From Chiloscyllium plagiosum (taxonomy: Eukaryota), in contig NC_057719.1 of NCBI RefSeq assembly GCF_004010195.1, forward strand, positions 19,276,684 to 19,328,255: a DNA stretch of 51,572 nucleotides. Direction: 5' to 3'. The notes beneath the pieces were generated by a model that saw only the letters and a list, made by a program, of their open reading frames with translations, had not been told where the DNA came from and made no database searches. Shown here one piece after another: positions 22,673 to 34,994 of the stretch; position 1 is the stretch's first letter; each line of letters opens with the position of its first letter. The position numbers were made by a program, and so were the translations under genes.

Positions 22673-25600
22673 TAGAACATAGAAAAATACAGCGCAGACC
22701 AGGCCCTTCAGCCCTCGAAATTGCGCCGACCTGTGAACTAATACAAGCTCATCCCCGTACACTATCCCATCATTATCCATATGCTTCTACAAGGACTGTT
22801 TAAATGCCCCTAATGTGGCTGTGTTAAGATTAGATCACTTACAGTGTGGAAACAGGCCCTTCGGCCCAACAAGGAAATTGCGCCGACCTGTGAACTAATA
22901 CAAGCTCATCCCCGTACACTATCCCATCATTATCCATGTGCTTCTACAAGGACTGTTTAAATGCCCTGAATGTGGCTGTGTTAACTACATTGGCAGGCAG
23001 AACATTCCACACCTTTATCACTCTCTGAGTAAAGAGCCTGCCTCTGACATCTGTCTTAAATCTGTCACCCTCAATTTGCAGCAATGCCCCCTCATCATCC
23101 TTAGAAAGAGACTCTCACTGTCCACCCCATCTAATCCTCTGATCATCTTGTATGTCTCTATTAAATCCCCCTTCTTCTATCCAATGAGAACAGACCCATG
23201 TCACTCAGCCTTTCCTCATAAGACCTTCCCTCCAGAGGAGAAAATGAGATCTGCAGATGCTGGAGATCAGAGCTGAAAATGTGTTGCTGGAAAAGCGCAG
23301 CAGGTCAGGCAGCATCCAGGGAACAGGAGAATCGACGTTTTGGGCATAAGCCCTTCTTCAGGACCCAGTAACATCCTGGTAAATCTCCTCTGCACCTTTT
23401 CCAATGCTTCCACATCCTTCCTGTAATGGGGTAACCAGAATTGTACACAATATTCCAAGTGAGGCCGCATTTTGTACAGTTGCAGCATGACATCATGGCT
23501 CTGGAACTCAATCCCTCTACCGATAAAACCTAACACACCGTATGCCTTCTTTAACAGCACTGTCAACCTGGGTGGCAACTTTCAGGAATCTGTGTACATG
23601 GACACCAAGGTCCGTCTGCTCATTCACACTATCAAGAGTCTTTCCATTGACCCAGTACTCTGCCTTCCTGTTATTCTTCCCAAAGTGAATCACCTCACAT
23701 TTATCTGCATTGAACTCCATTTGACACCTCACAGCCCAATTCTGCAGTTTATCCAAGTCCCCCTGCAATCTGCAACATTCTTCCACACTGTCCACTAATC
23801 CACCAACTTTAGTGTCATCTGCAAACTTACTAACCCATCCACCCTTTCCTGCGTCCAAGTCATTTATAAAAATGACAAACAGCAGTGGACCCAAAACCGA
23901 TCCTTGTGGCACACCACTAGTAACTAGACTCCAGGCTGAATATTTTCCATCAACCACCACTCGCTGCCTTCTTACAGAAAGCCAGTTTCTAATCCAAACT
24001 GTTAAATCACCCTTAATCCCATGCCTCTGCATTTTCTCCAAATGCCTACCATGTGGAACCTTATCAAAGTCCATGTACACCATGTTAACTGCCCTACCCT
24101 CATCCACATGCTTGGTCACCTTATCAAAAAACTCAATGAGGTTTGTGAGACACGACCTGCCCTTGATGAAACCATGTTAACTCTCTCCAATCAAATTGTT
24201 GCTTGCTAGATGATTATAAATCCAATCTCTTATTATCCTTTCCAAAACTTTTCCTACAACAGATGTAAGGCTCACTGGTCTATAATTACCTGCGTCATCT
24301 CTACTACCCTTCTTGAACAAGGGCACAACATTTGCAATCCTCCAGTCCTCTGGTACAAAACCTGAAAATAATGATGACTCAAAAATCAAGGCCAAAGGCT
24401 CCACCATCTCCTCCCTAGCTTCCCAGAGAATCCTTGGATAAATCCTATCCAACCAAGGAACTTATCTACTTCCACATCTTCTAGAATTGCTAACACCTGT
24501 TCCTTACTAACATCAATCCTTTCAAGTCAAATTGCCTGTATCTCATTCTTCTCCTCTGCAATATTCTCCTTTTCCTGAGTGAAAACAGATGAGAAATATT
24601 TGTTTAGCCCCTCTCTGATCTCCACAGGGTCCACACACAACTTCCCACTACTGTCTTTGACTGGCCCTATTCCTACTCTCGTCATCCTTTTATTTCTCAC
24701 ATATCTATTGAAAGCTTTAGGGTTCTCCTTTATTCTATCTGCTAAAGACTGCTCATGTCCCCTTCTTGCTCTTCTTAACTGTCTCTTTAAATTCTTCCTA
24801 GCTAATCTGTAATTCTCCTTCACCTCATCTGAACCATCTCGTCTCAACTTCACATAAGCCCCCCTCTTCTGCTTAACAAGAGATACAATTTCTTTAGTAA
24901 ACCAATGTTCCCTTACCTTATCACTTACTCCCTGCCTGACAGGGACATGCCTATCAAGGACACGCAATATCTGTTCCTTAAATCAGTTCCACATTTCAAT
25001 TGTCCCCATGCCCTGCATTTTGCTACCTCATTCTATGCCTCTGAAGTCTTGCCTAATCGCATTATAATTGCCCTTCCCCCATCTGTAACTCTAGACTTGT
25101 GGCATGTACCTATCTCTTTCATCGCTAAAGTAAATGTAACCGAATTGTGGTCACTCTCTCCAAAGTGCTCACCTACCAATAAATCAAACACCTGGCTTGG
25201 TTCATTACCATGTACCAGATCCAGTGTGGCCTCCCCTCTTGTCGGCCCTTCAACATACTGTGTCAGGAAACCCTCCTGCACACATTGGACAAAAGGTGCT
25301 AGAGTTATATAATTTCTAATCAATTTTGGGGAAGTTAAAGACTCGCATAATGATGACCCTGTTCCTTTCACTCCTGCCCAGAATCGTTTTGCCAATCCTC
25401 TCCTCCACATGCCTGGAACTTTGTGGAGGCCTATTAAAAAAACTCCTAGCGGTGTGACCTCTCCTCCTGTTTCTAACTTCAGCCCATACCACCTCAGTAG
25501 ACAAGCCCTCATCAAACGTTCTTTCAGCCACCATTATGCAGTCCTTGACTAACAAAGCCACACCTTCCCCCTTTTACCACCTTCCCTGATCTTAATGAAA

Positions 25601-26487
25601 GGTCTAAACCCTGAAACCTGCACATCCATTCCTGACCCTGCTCCATCCATGTCTCCGAAATGGCCACAATATCGAAGTCCCAGGTATTTATCCATGCTGC
25701 AAGCTCACTTACCTTATCCCGCATACTCCTGGCATTGAAGTAGATACACTTCAAACCAGCTTGCTGTCTGCCAGCAAACTCCTGTCACAGTGCAATCCTG
25801 TCCCTGTCCTCCCTACTCACATCCTTCTGTGCACTGGGACTACACCACAGGTTCCAATCCCCCTGCTGAGCTATTTTAAATCTGTCTGAATAGCACTAGC
25901 AAATTTCCCATCCAGTATCCCTCTTGTTCAAGTGAAGACTGGCCTGTTTGTAGAGGTCACACCTTCCCCAGAATGAGCCCCAATTGTCCATATACCTGAA
26001 ACCCTCCCTCCTGCACCATCCCTGCAGCCACGTGTTCAGCTGACATCGCTCCCTGTTCCTCGCCTCACTATCACATGGCACGGGTAACAAACCGGAGATA
26101 ACAACTCTGTTTGTTCTAGCTCTTAGCTTCCACCCTAGCTCCCTGAAATCCTGCCTTACATCCCTATCCCTCTTTCTACCAATGTCGTTGGTACCTATGT
26201 GGACCACGACTTGGGGCTGGTCACCGTCTCACTTCAGGATCCCAAAAACACGATCCGAGACATCACAGACCATGGCACCTGGAAGGCAACACGCCAACCA
26301 TGAATTTCTTTCATTCTATCTGACCCTCTAACTATTGAGTCCCCAGTGACTAATACTCTCCTCTTTCCCTTCTGTGCAACAGAGACAGATTCTGTGCCAG
26401 AAACCTGCACCCCAATGCATGCCCATGGAAACTCGTCCCCCCAACAGTATCCAAAACTGTATACTTGTTTGTCAGGGGAATGACAAA
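22673..26487 (-). mobile_element. Near full-length CR1 LINE: SGNH-esterase ORF1, APE endonuclease and RT, all disrupted
   Basis: ORF1 VHIGTNDIG...GLLPVP...LHLN (25896-26207); EN CIYFNARS...ISETW and SDHN; RT GVPQGSVLGP and FADD; candidate TSD atgttgca at 22663-22670 and 26490-26497. Confidence 0.95.
23237..23362 (-). mobile_element. Penelope-like terminal fragment inserted in CR1
   Basis: Reverse complement of the 34966-35055 terminus, plus the extreme end ctgcagatgctggagatcagagc. Confidence 0.88.
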
Positions 26488-27054
26488 TTATGTTGCAATT
26501 TTACTGTTGCTGTAAAGATTCCAATTCTCAATGCTAAAACTGTCTTGCAAGTTCAAAGAAGCAAAATTAAATTTCATAGAGGTAGTATTCACATGGAGCA
26601 GTACATCTCCAGTGTAGCATGAAACTAAAATTTCCAAATGTGCTTTGAGGAAGGTATGGTCAATAGAACTGCTTTTAAAACTTACCTAGAATCGATTTAA
26701 ATCCCCTGTGTTGACTCATTTGGAGTTGATTCTGCACTGATCAACATGATTAGAGAGGAACTTGGTGCATGATGGTACATAGAGTTTTGTCCGGAGCAGT
26801 AGAACAACAGTTCAACTCAAGCAGTGTAAATAGGTGCTTCCAGGTTGGAAGTAATTTTAATTAAGATGAGCTGGACAATTACATTGATGTTGGCTGCTAC
26901 AATACAAAACTAGGAAGAGTACAGTGCAAGTACTTTAGTTGACATCAAACCAAAGATTTTACAGTACTGATGTCAACTTGTTACATTATTTGTCTAGCAT
27001 GAGTTTTAACTAAAGAATGACCAAATTGTTAATCCAATTTATTCTGTGTTGCAG

Positions 27055-27152
27055 CTGGCAGTTTTACAGTGGATGAGATCATTGCATCCTACAAATTAAG
27101 CTGTGAGAAACTTGGTGTACAGCCTATTCACAAATTGCTGACACAACTGCAG
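27055..27152 (+). CDS. PPP1R37-like: PPP1R37-like, second visible coding exon (98 nt)
   Basis: Acceptor attctgtgttgcag|CT, donor CAG|gtaaac. G+CT joins in phase with the previous exon to give AGSFTVDEIIASYKLSCEKLGVQPIHKLLTQLQ, an ungapped match to recalled PPP1R37 AQNVTVDEVIGAYKQACQKLNCRQIPKLLRQLQ. Not in the ORF track. Confidence 0.88.
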
Positions 27153-27183
27153 GTAAACTTTGTTCAGATATACTAATCTATGT

Positions 27184-27442
27184 CTAGATTAAAGTGGTGC
27201 TGGAAAAGCACAGCAGGCCAGGCAGCATGTGAGGAGCAGGAAACTCGACTTTTCGGGCAAAAGCCCTTCATCAGGAATAGAGACAGGGAACATCCAGGTT
27301 GGAGAGATAAATGAGAGAGGGTGGGGGTGGGGAGAAAGTACCATAGAAGTAGCATACGAAGAAGTTTTCCTCCTATCTCTATAAGAATCTTAGTGAGTCT
27401 CTCTCTCACAGAAACCCCCAGGTCGTCTCCTCTGTTTTTACC
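27184..27442 (-). mobile_element. Penelope-like insertion with 14-bp TSD
   Basis: atactaatctatgt at 27170-27183 and 27443-27456; hammerhead motif on the minus strand at 27247-27274. Confidence 0.85.
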
Positions 27443-28631
27443 ATACTAATCTATGTGACATACGGAATCTTCCAGTCCCTGAGATGTTGGGTCTTGTTGT
27501 GGAAAGCTCACTTGATTAGGTGGAACACTAGTCTCCCCCTCCACTGGAATTATGTTCTGGGTGGGCACATTTCCTTGCCACTCACAATTGAGGCCCTTAA
27601 ATGGTTAATTCATGACACTTAAGAGTTATTTAAGGGCCTAATTCTGCCTGGGTTGTAATTATTTTGGCTCCAGGTGGGAGAACGGTGACATATGTGACCG
27701 GCAACCCAGTACAATTTGCCTGCCAGGGTGACAGAGGGCTCTCTCACTCTGCACTAACTTTGTATAACTGTGGGACTGGACAGAGGGGAGAGGGGTGGCT
27801 GTTGAAGACCATATCCTTGTCCTTAATCCCAATGGCTCCTGTCCCCCAGATTCCAAAACATCAGAAATCACACATACCTCCTACAAGTGAACTTGGTCTT
27901 CACAATCTTGGCTATTCTTCTGCTATGGCCTCCCCTGTCATGCTGTAGACTGAGAGAAATGCCACCGTCATATTGGTTGGCAGTTCCTGCTGAATGGAAC
28001 TTCTAACCATGGGAATTTGTCCTTGGAGGAGGACACACTGCTGCCCTCTAAAGTGATTGGAAGAAGATATCCTGGAACATTCTCTGAAGTGTCAGCTTGT
28101 TTGTCTCACCACCTTTTGAGCAAGTGAATGAGACAACTGATAAAGCCAAGATTCTGCTCAACTTCTGCAATTTGCCTGCCTCCTCATTAAAATGGTGTAA
28201 TGTGATTGGGCTTCCTGTGATTTTAAAAAGTATGCCATTGCCCATGCATATTTTAATTTTATTTCCTGAAATTCATGAAACCAGTTATGAAGTTATATTT
28301 CTTTGCTATCACTGTAAAACAGATTTTTTAAAAACTGGATATTGTGAAATAAATTGGAGCTATTTTTAACTATTTTTACCACCAATTTTCTTGCTCCTGG
28401 TACCTTTGGACACTGCACTTGCAGCATGAGAGTTCAGAAAGTGACTTGCTCAGTTTATGTTTCTTGTAAAGTTGGCTTATGTTAAATCGGTGTATAATCC
28501 ACTGACAATTATGTCGTCAATAATAGCTCAAGTAGCCCTACATTGATTGGCAAATATTTTAAAGCTTAGAGAGCAGAAGGCTATACAGAGAATGGAACTG
28601 GCACCAATCTTTATAGCAGCCTTAAAGAAAA

Positions 28632-29398
28632 AAAACAAACATTTATATGTCACCTTTCACAACTCAAGTATTGGACATTTTGGGGATATCCCAAAATGTT
28701 TTATAGCACATAAAATACTTTTGAAGTGTGTATATTCAAAATGCAGCAGTCAGTTTGCTCACAGCAAGCTTCCATAAACAGTATTGCGAGAATCTGTTTC
28801 GTGATTTTGGTTGAAGAACAAACATTGTCTAAGACGCAAATATCTTGCTTCTTCAAAATAATGCATTGGGATATTTTATGTCTAACTGATGAAAAAGATG
28901 GACCATAGTTCAATATCTTACCTGAAAGACAGAATCTCTGATAGATTCTGTCAGTATTCCACGATAACATCAGCTTTGATTTTTGTGCTCAAGTCCTGGT
29001 GTTACACTTGAAATCCTGGTGTTACACTTGGGGCAGCATGTTGGCTCAGTGGTTAGCACTGCTGCCTCACAGTGCCAGAGACCCAGTTCAATTCCCGCCT
29101 TGGGCGACTGTCTGTGTGGAGTTTGCACATTCTCCCCATGTCAGCGCGGGTTTCCTCCGGGTGCCCCGATTTCCTTCCACAGTCCAAAGATGTGCAGGCC
29201 AGATGAATTGGCCGTTCTAAATTGCTCATAGTGTTAGGTGCATTAGTCAGAGGGAAATGGGTCTGGGTGGGTTACTCTTCGGAGGGTTAGTTGGACTTGT
29301 TGGACCGAAGGGCCTCTTTCCACACTGTAGGGAATCTAATATAATCTAAATCAGAATCTTCAGCGCCAAAGTTGAGATTATTATGAACTGAGACATGG
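28632..29398 (-). mobile_element. Ancient DeuSINE (SacSINE1/AmnSINE1-like), split by HE1
   Basis: tacttttgaagtgtg...cacagcaagcttccataaacag...gggatattttatgtc...tgtgctcaagtc resembles the recalled Deu-domain SINE consensus; another fragment at about 7520-7640. Confidence 0.6.
29031..29350 (+). mobile_element. HE1 SINE, full length
   Basis: A box tggctcagtgg, B box gttcaattcc, and tail gggaatctaat. Confidence 0.93.
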
Positions 29399-31563
29399 TT
29401 GACTCAATACTCAATACGTGAAATGGTCTCAAAGAGAAGGTAGTTGATAATTAAGTTGATGATTCCTGTAAAAGTGGGTTAATACTTATTGAGAAAAAAA
29501 TAATCAGGAGCACTATGATACTAACATCACTGTTTTGACTTTATTTTTTGTAGTGATGGGTATAGGAAGGGACTGGTGAGCTCAGTTGGCTAGGTGGCTA
29601 GCATGCAGTTCAGAATAATATCAACCACATGTGTTTGGTCTCAGCTAGTGGGGTAAGCTAGTGGCCTCTCTCTTTGCTCACTTGACCCTGAGACTGAAAG
29701 GCAGTGGATGGATTACTGCAAGAGAAGATAGTTTTAGGATAAGGCATCAGCAGAAAATGAGCTGAGATTCTGCCTTTAGCAAAAACACACACAAATAAAG
29801 GGATGGAACTTAGGTGTCGTTTATACATTGACGGCAATCTCCCTCCACCCCAGCATAATTTTAGGGTTTGAGTCAACCTCCAATTTGCTTACTGACTTCT
29901 CTGAGGTTTTGAGTTATGACCCGTTAATTAGTATGGATTCATGATATTACAATGAAGTTCCTGCCATGAATACAAATGTGGCCTTTGGACAGAGTTCATG
30001 GATCAAAAAGTTCCCCCAGTTTTCTTAATTTCAGTCCACAAATGCTACCTGATTTGCTGACAGTTTTGAACATTTTCTGCAAATGGAATAATGGCTAGTT
30101 TTCATTCTGTTGCAAACTCATCCCACAGAGTGACTGTCTTCAGTCTGCAGTTAACATGTAGCCTAAATTTGCCACTGATAAAGCGCATGCTGACATGAAA
30201 AGAGGCATCTGTCAATTCTCAAATATGGGCTAATTTATCCTTGCCATGGTGGTTCTATTCTTCAGTACAATAACACATCAGGAATCATGAACTGAGGGGA
30301 GTAGGAAATCTGAAAAAAAAACCTTTTGTGCTCTTTACAGTTGGATTAGAATGAATGCTTTTGAACCTACCACAGATTGTAATGATCCTTTCTGGCCTTC
30401 ATACAATTCTGATACAATACAGCTCCAATCAGAAAGTCAACACTTAATCCCCAATTACACCTTCTCCCTAGTCACACATGTAATCTTATCAAATCATGTA
30501 TAATGTCAATGTAATGTTTGACTCTGAGCTGAACTTCAAAGCTGCATGCCATTCCTTACCAAGACTCCCTGCTTTTGCATTCTGTAACATTTCTGACCTT
30601 AGCCCACACTTCCCCATAAAAAGAACCACTCACTCTTTTTTGCTGAGCATCCTGATCTCTTTAATATTCATCTGTAAAAGCAGGCAGAGACTTTGGTGAG
30701 GACCTGCAAGGACATCGGAGTTAACACCCTGACAAGAACATTCATCAAGGGTATCAAATGAATCCTCCCCACTCCCTTCTTCCAAACCATCCCAGTCCAT
30801 TTGAAATTCTCATCAAGGGTCCATCTAGGTTTACCATTCAGTTTATACCTAGGAGTTAATGGTGTCTAAATTTGGTTCATTCAACTGCTTTACATCAACT
30901 ATATCTGATAAATTTTACAACCCATACTGTCAACATCCTGTCATGAGCTATACAGAATGAATTAACTCTTTCCACCCATCATAATGAATTAGACAGAAAA
31001 TCATCAACCAGCAATTATTTATTAGATTTGGATTAGATTATTAGTTAACAGCAATTATAATCAAGCATTCAGCATTCAAATAATTAAATAAGGATCATTG
31101 ACAAAATAAATAATGCAGGTTACAAAGGGTGTTCAATTGTGTCACAATAATTCAATATTAAGTGCTTGCTGATAACTTTACAATTGACAGCCGTCTCTGA
31201 GATTGATATAAATTGGTTAAATTGATTTCAGTTCAGATTCCTTAGATTAGTGACAAGTTAGGAACATTAGATTGTTTGTATTTTTAATGGTTTAAGGTCT
31301 ATAACCTAGTAACTACTAATTTTTTCCCTTAAATTTATACATCCCTGTCCTCATGAGCTGGAATGAAAGAGTTAATTGCATTACCTTTTTATGATTTTAG
31401 CATTTTACACTTCAAAATAAAGTATTTTTGTAAATTTGCTATCCATCCTTTCTGGGTCCTCCACTACTGGTAAACATATTCATTCTCCTGTCTGTAATTG
31501 TATTAGTTGATTTAAATCTTCCCTCCCTTGATTTCTAGAAAATCAGTGCACCTCAGTAACATA

Positions 31564-31883
31564 TTAGATTAGATTAGATTCCCTACAGCGTGGGAACAGG
31601 CCCTTCAGCCCAACCAGTCCACACTGACCCTCTGAAGAGTAACCCACCCAGACCTATTTCCCTCTGACTAATGCACCTAACACTATGGGCAATTTTAGCC
31701 TGGCCAATTCACCTGACCCGCACATCTTTGGACTGTGGGAGGAAACCGGAGCACCCGGAGGAAACCCATGCAGACACGGGGAGAATGTGCCAACTCCACA
31801 CAGATGGTCACCTGAGGTTGGAATTGAACCTGGGACTCTGGTGCTGTGAGGCAGCAGTGCTAAACACTAAGTCACTGTGCACC
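31564..31883 (-). mobile_element. HE1 SINE
   Basis: (ttaga)n tail and full body. Confidence 0.93.
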
Positions 31884-34194
31884 ATTTCTTTCCAATTTGA
31901 TATAAACACCTTCCTGTAATATGAAGTGCTTTTCCTCCAAAGGCATAAATAAATAAAACTATCAATAAGCTAAGATCTAAAGAATAAAAACTAAATGCGA
32001 AGAAATAAGGACTGAATTTTTATGTTAAAACATGATCTTACTTAATCCAAGATAATAAAACAATAGAACTGTGGATTTTGGAGGTCTGAAACAAAATCAA
32101 AAATGGACATTACTGGAGAAATTCAGCCTGTCTGGCAGCATCTGTGGAAAGAAAGCAGAGCTGACATTTCAAGTCTGGTGACTGTTCATCTTTATGCCTG
32201 TCACTTCCAAAATATTCTTTGTTCTATTGACCGCATGAATGACATGTGTTGGAAGAGCTCAGCACTTTTGATCTTAACCACCTTCCACAGATTTACCTCC
32301 GAACCAATGGAGTATTGGTGCCGAGACATGTTGGATCATTTACTCCTTGACTTCTCAGGCTTGAATCCACAAAATGGTCACACACAGCTTCAGAAAATAT
32401 AAGATTTAATCCCCCATAATGTGCAATAGGTGGGTCTTTGTTCATGATGTTTTCTATGCCAAGCAGGGAATAATGGTTTCTATAAGTTTTAAGTTTTCAA
32501 GATTTCACCAGTGTGTACCCCTTTCCTTTTCTTAGCATTCAGCTTAAGTACTGACCCATTTTTGAGGACACATTCAAGGTGAATGTAAGGCATCCTCCTA
32601 TAATTAAAAGAAAGTAATTCCGGCAACAATCACTTGAAATTTAGATAGACTTTTAGTGCTCCAACCCGTTGACTTCTGACCCAGGTGTAGGCCAAACTGA
32701 TGCTTACTGCAAGAAAAATCAAATAAAAGAATTAAGATTAATTTGGCAGCATGAAAATGCATAGTATTCTAACCAATTAAAACATATTTTCATGCCATGA
32801 TGCACAGAACTGTGTTTTGCTTATCAATGCCAGCAGAAAAATAACATTTTGCTCTGAAATATTAATTTCGGGACATATCTTTTGAAGCTCCTGGCAGGAA
32901 AAAAGGTCACTTCTCAAACTATCTGATTGGATGGCCAGGCTATCATGCACCTATTACCAACAAAAACTGGTCCAGGCAGTTTTATTTATTCGCTTTACAA
33001 AACCTGATAAACTGTGGGTAGATTTCAAAGAACATTCAAGCCAATAGCAGTTTTCTTGCTCCACTGTCTGTCAATTCATTGCTCAGTGTAACAAAAAATG
33101 TTCACACTGTATTAATATTAACTTAGAAGTGCTAATGAGGGAACTAGGCAATAACAGGCTAAGCACAAGTAGTTAAAGAGTGGGATCTTTGGGGAGATAA
33201 AAAATAGTAGATAATGTAATAAGTGAAATGAGAAACAGTAAAGCTGCTGGGAGAGACTGTATTTCAAATGAAATTATACAGATTGCAGATTGAAGAGAAG
33301 TATTAACACCTTGTTTAATGAGATAATCAGGGTTGAAGTAGTCACTGTGGAATTCAATATAAGTTGCTTCCTTGTTTGGTTTATTCCACCATGGTTTTCT
33401 TCATCCTTGCAGCTTGACTGTTAAGTTGTCTTTTCCTTGATTTTTTTTTTGAGTTGACAGTTAATAATGATGCTGAGTAAATGTTGATTTCATCATGAGT
33501 TACCTGGAATAACTAAATAACATTAAAATCAGAAACATAAGACTTTGTTATCCACATTTCCTGTGGAAGAAAAATAAATCCATATCATTATGCTTAACAC
33601 AAATCTGATACACATGGTATTCACCTTGAGCTCATAAAGACTTCACTTGGCTAAGACAAAACAGAATCTTGCAGAACACAAAAAAGATTTTACCTTTTGA
33701 GTGCTGTAGCATAGTTATCCAGAGAAGTCTTGCTAATTTAGATGTGATTTATGACATGTTTCCCATTGCTTCATCAGAATGGTAAATTAGAGTCATAGAG
33801 TCATAGAGATGTGCAGTACGGAAACAGACCCTTTGGTCTTCGTAGGATATGTGGAACAATCCATCTTCCGCAACTACACTGGCCCCACCCCCCACCTTTT
33901 CCTCTGCTACATCGATGACTGTATCGGCGCCGCCTCGTGCTCCCATGAGGAGGTTGAACAGATCATCCACTTCACCAACACCTTCCACCCCGACCTCAAA
34001 TTCACCTGGACAGTCTCAGATTCCTCCCTCCCCTTCCTCGACCTATCTATTTCTACCTCAGGCGACCGAATCAACACGGACACCTACTACAAACCGACCG
34101 ACTCCCACAGCTACCTGGACTACACCTCCTCCCACCCTGACCCCTGTAAAAACGCCATCCCATTCTCCCAACTCCTTCGACTCCGCCGCATCTG

Positions 34195-34907
34195 NNNNNN
34201 NNNNNNNNNNNNNNNNNNNNNNNNNNNNNNNNNNNNNNNNNNNNNNNNNNNNNNNNNNNNNNNNNNNNNNNNNNNNNNNNNNNNNNNNNNNNNNNNNNNN
34301 NNNNNNNNNNNNNNNNNNNNNNNNNNNNNNNNNNNNNNNNNNNNNNNNNNNNNNNNNNNNNNNNNNNNNNNNNNNNNNNNNNNNNNNNNNNNNNNNNNNN
34401 NNNNNNNNNNNNNNNNNNNNNNNNNNNNNNNNNNNNNNNNNNNNNNNNNNNNNNNNNNNNNNNNNNNNNNNNNNNNNNNNNNNNNNNNNNNNNNNNNNNN
34501 NNNNNNNNNNNNNNNNNNNNNNNNNNNNNNNNNNNNNNNNNNNNNNNNNNNNNNNNNNNNNNNNNNNNNNNNNNNNNNNNNNNNNNNNNNNNNNNNNNNN
34601 NNNNNNNNNNNNNNNNNNNNNNNNNNNNNNNNNNNNNNNNNNNNNNNNNNNNNNNNNNNNNNNNNNNNNNNNNNNNNNNNNNNNNNNNNNNNNNNNNNNN
34701 NNNNNNNNNNNNNNNNNNNNNNNNNNNNNNNNNNNNNNNNNNNNNNNNNNNNNNNNNNNNNNNNNNNNNNNNNNNNNNNNNNNNNNNNNNNNNNNNNNNN
34801 NNNNNNNNNNNNNNNNNNNNNNNNNNNNNNNNNNNNNNNNNNNNNNNNNNNNNNNNNNNNNNNNNNNNNNNNNNNNNNNNNNNNNNNNNNNNNNNNNNNN
34901 NNNNNNN
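34195..34907. other. Assembly gap (713 N)
   Basis: Run of n. Confidence 1.
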
Positions 34908-34966
34908 CCCCCAAGTCCCTCCTCCCTATCTTTTATCTTAGCCTGCTGGACCAACTTTCCTCATTC

Positions 34967-34994
34967 CTGAAGAAGGGCTAATGCCCGAAACGTC
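34967..34994 (+). ncRNA. Minimal hammerhead ribozyme motif (Penelope-associated), core intact
   Basis: CTGAAGA-A-GGGC(TAAT)GCCC-GAAA-CGTC: catalytic core, 4-bp stem II, and palindromic ACGT in place of helix III; predicted cleavage after GUC at 34994. Stem I is weak. Confidence 0.7.

Noticed and set aside
29031..29105. tRNA-like sequences at HE1 heads
   Set aside because: They are SINE Pol III heads followed by the HE1 body and tail, not tRNA genes.
33849..34981. Long ORFs of 264-390 aa
   Set aside because: Their length is an artefact of the N gap; only the Penelope RT frame before the gap is meaningful.
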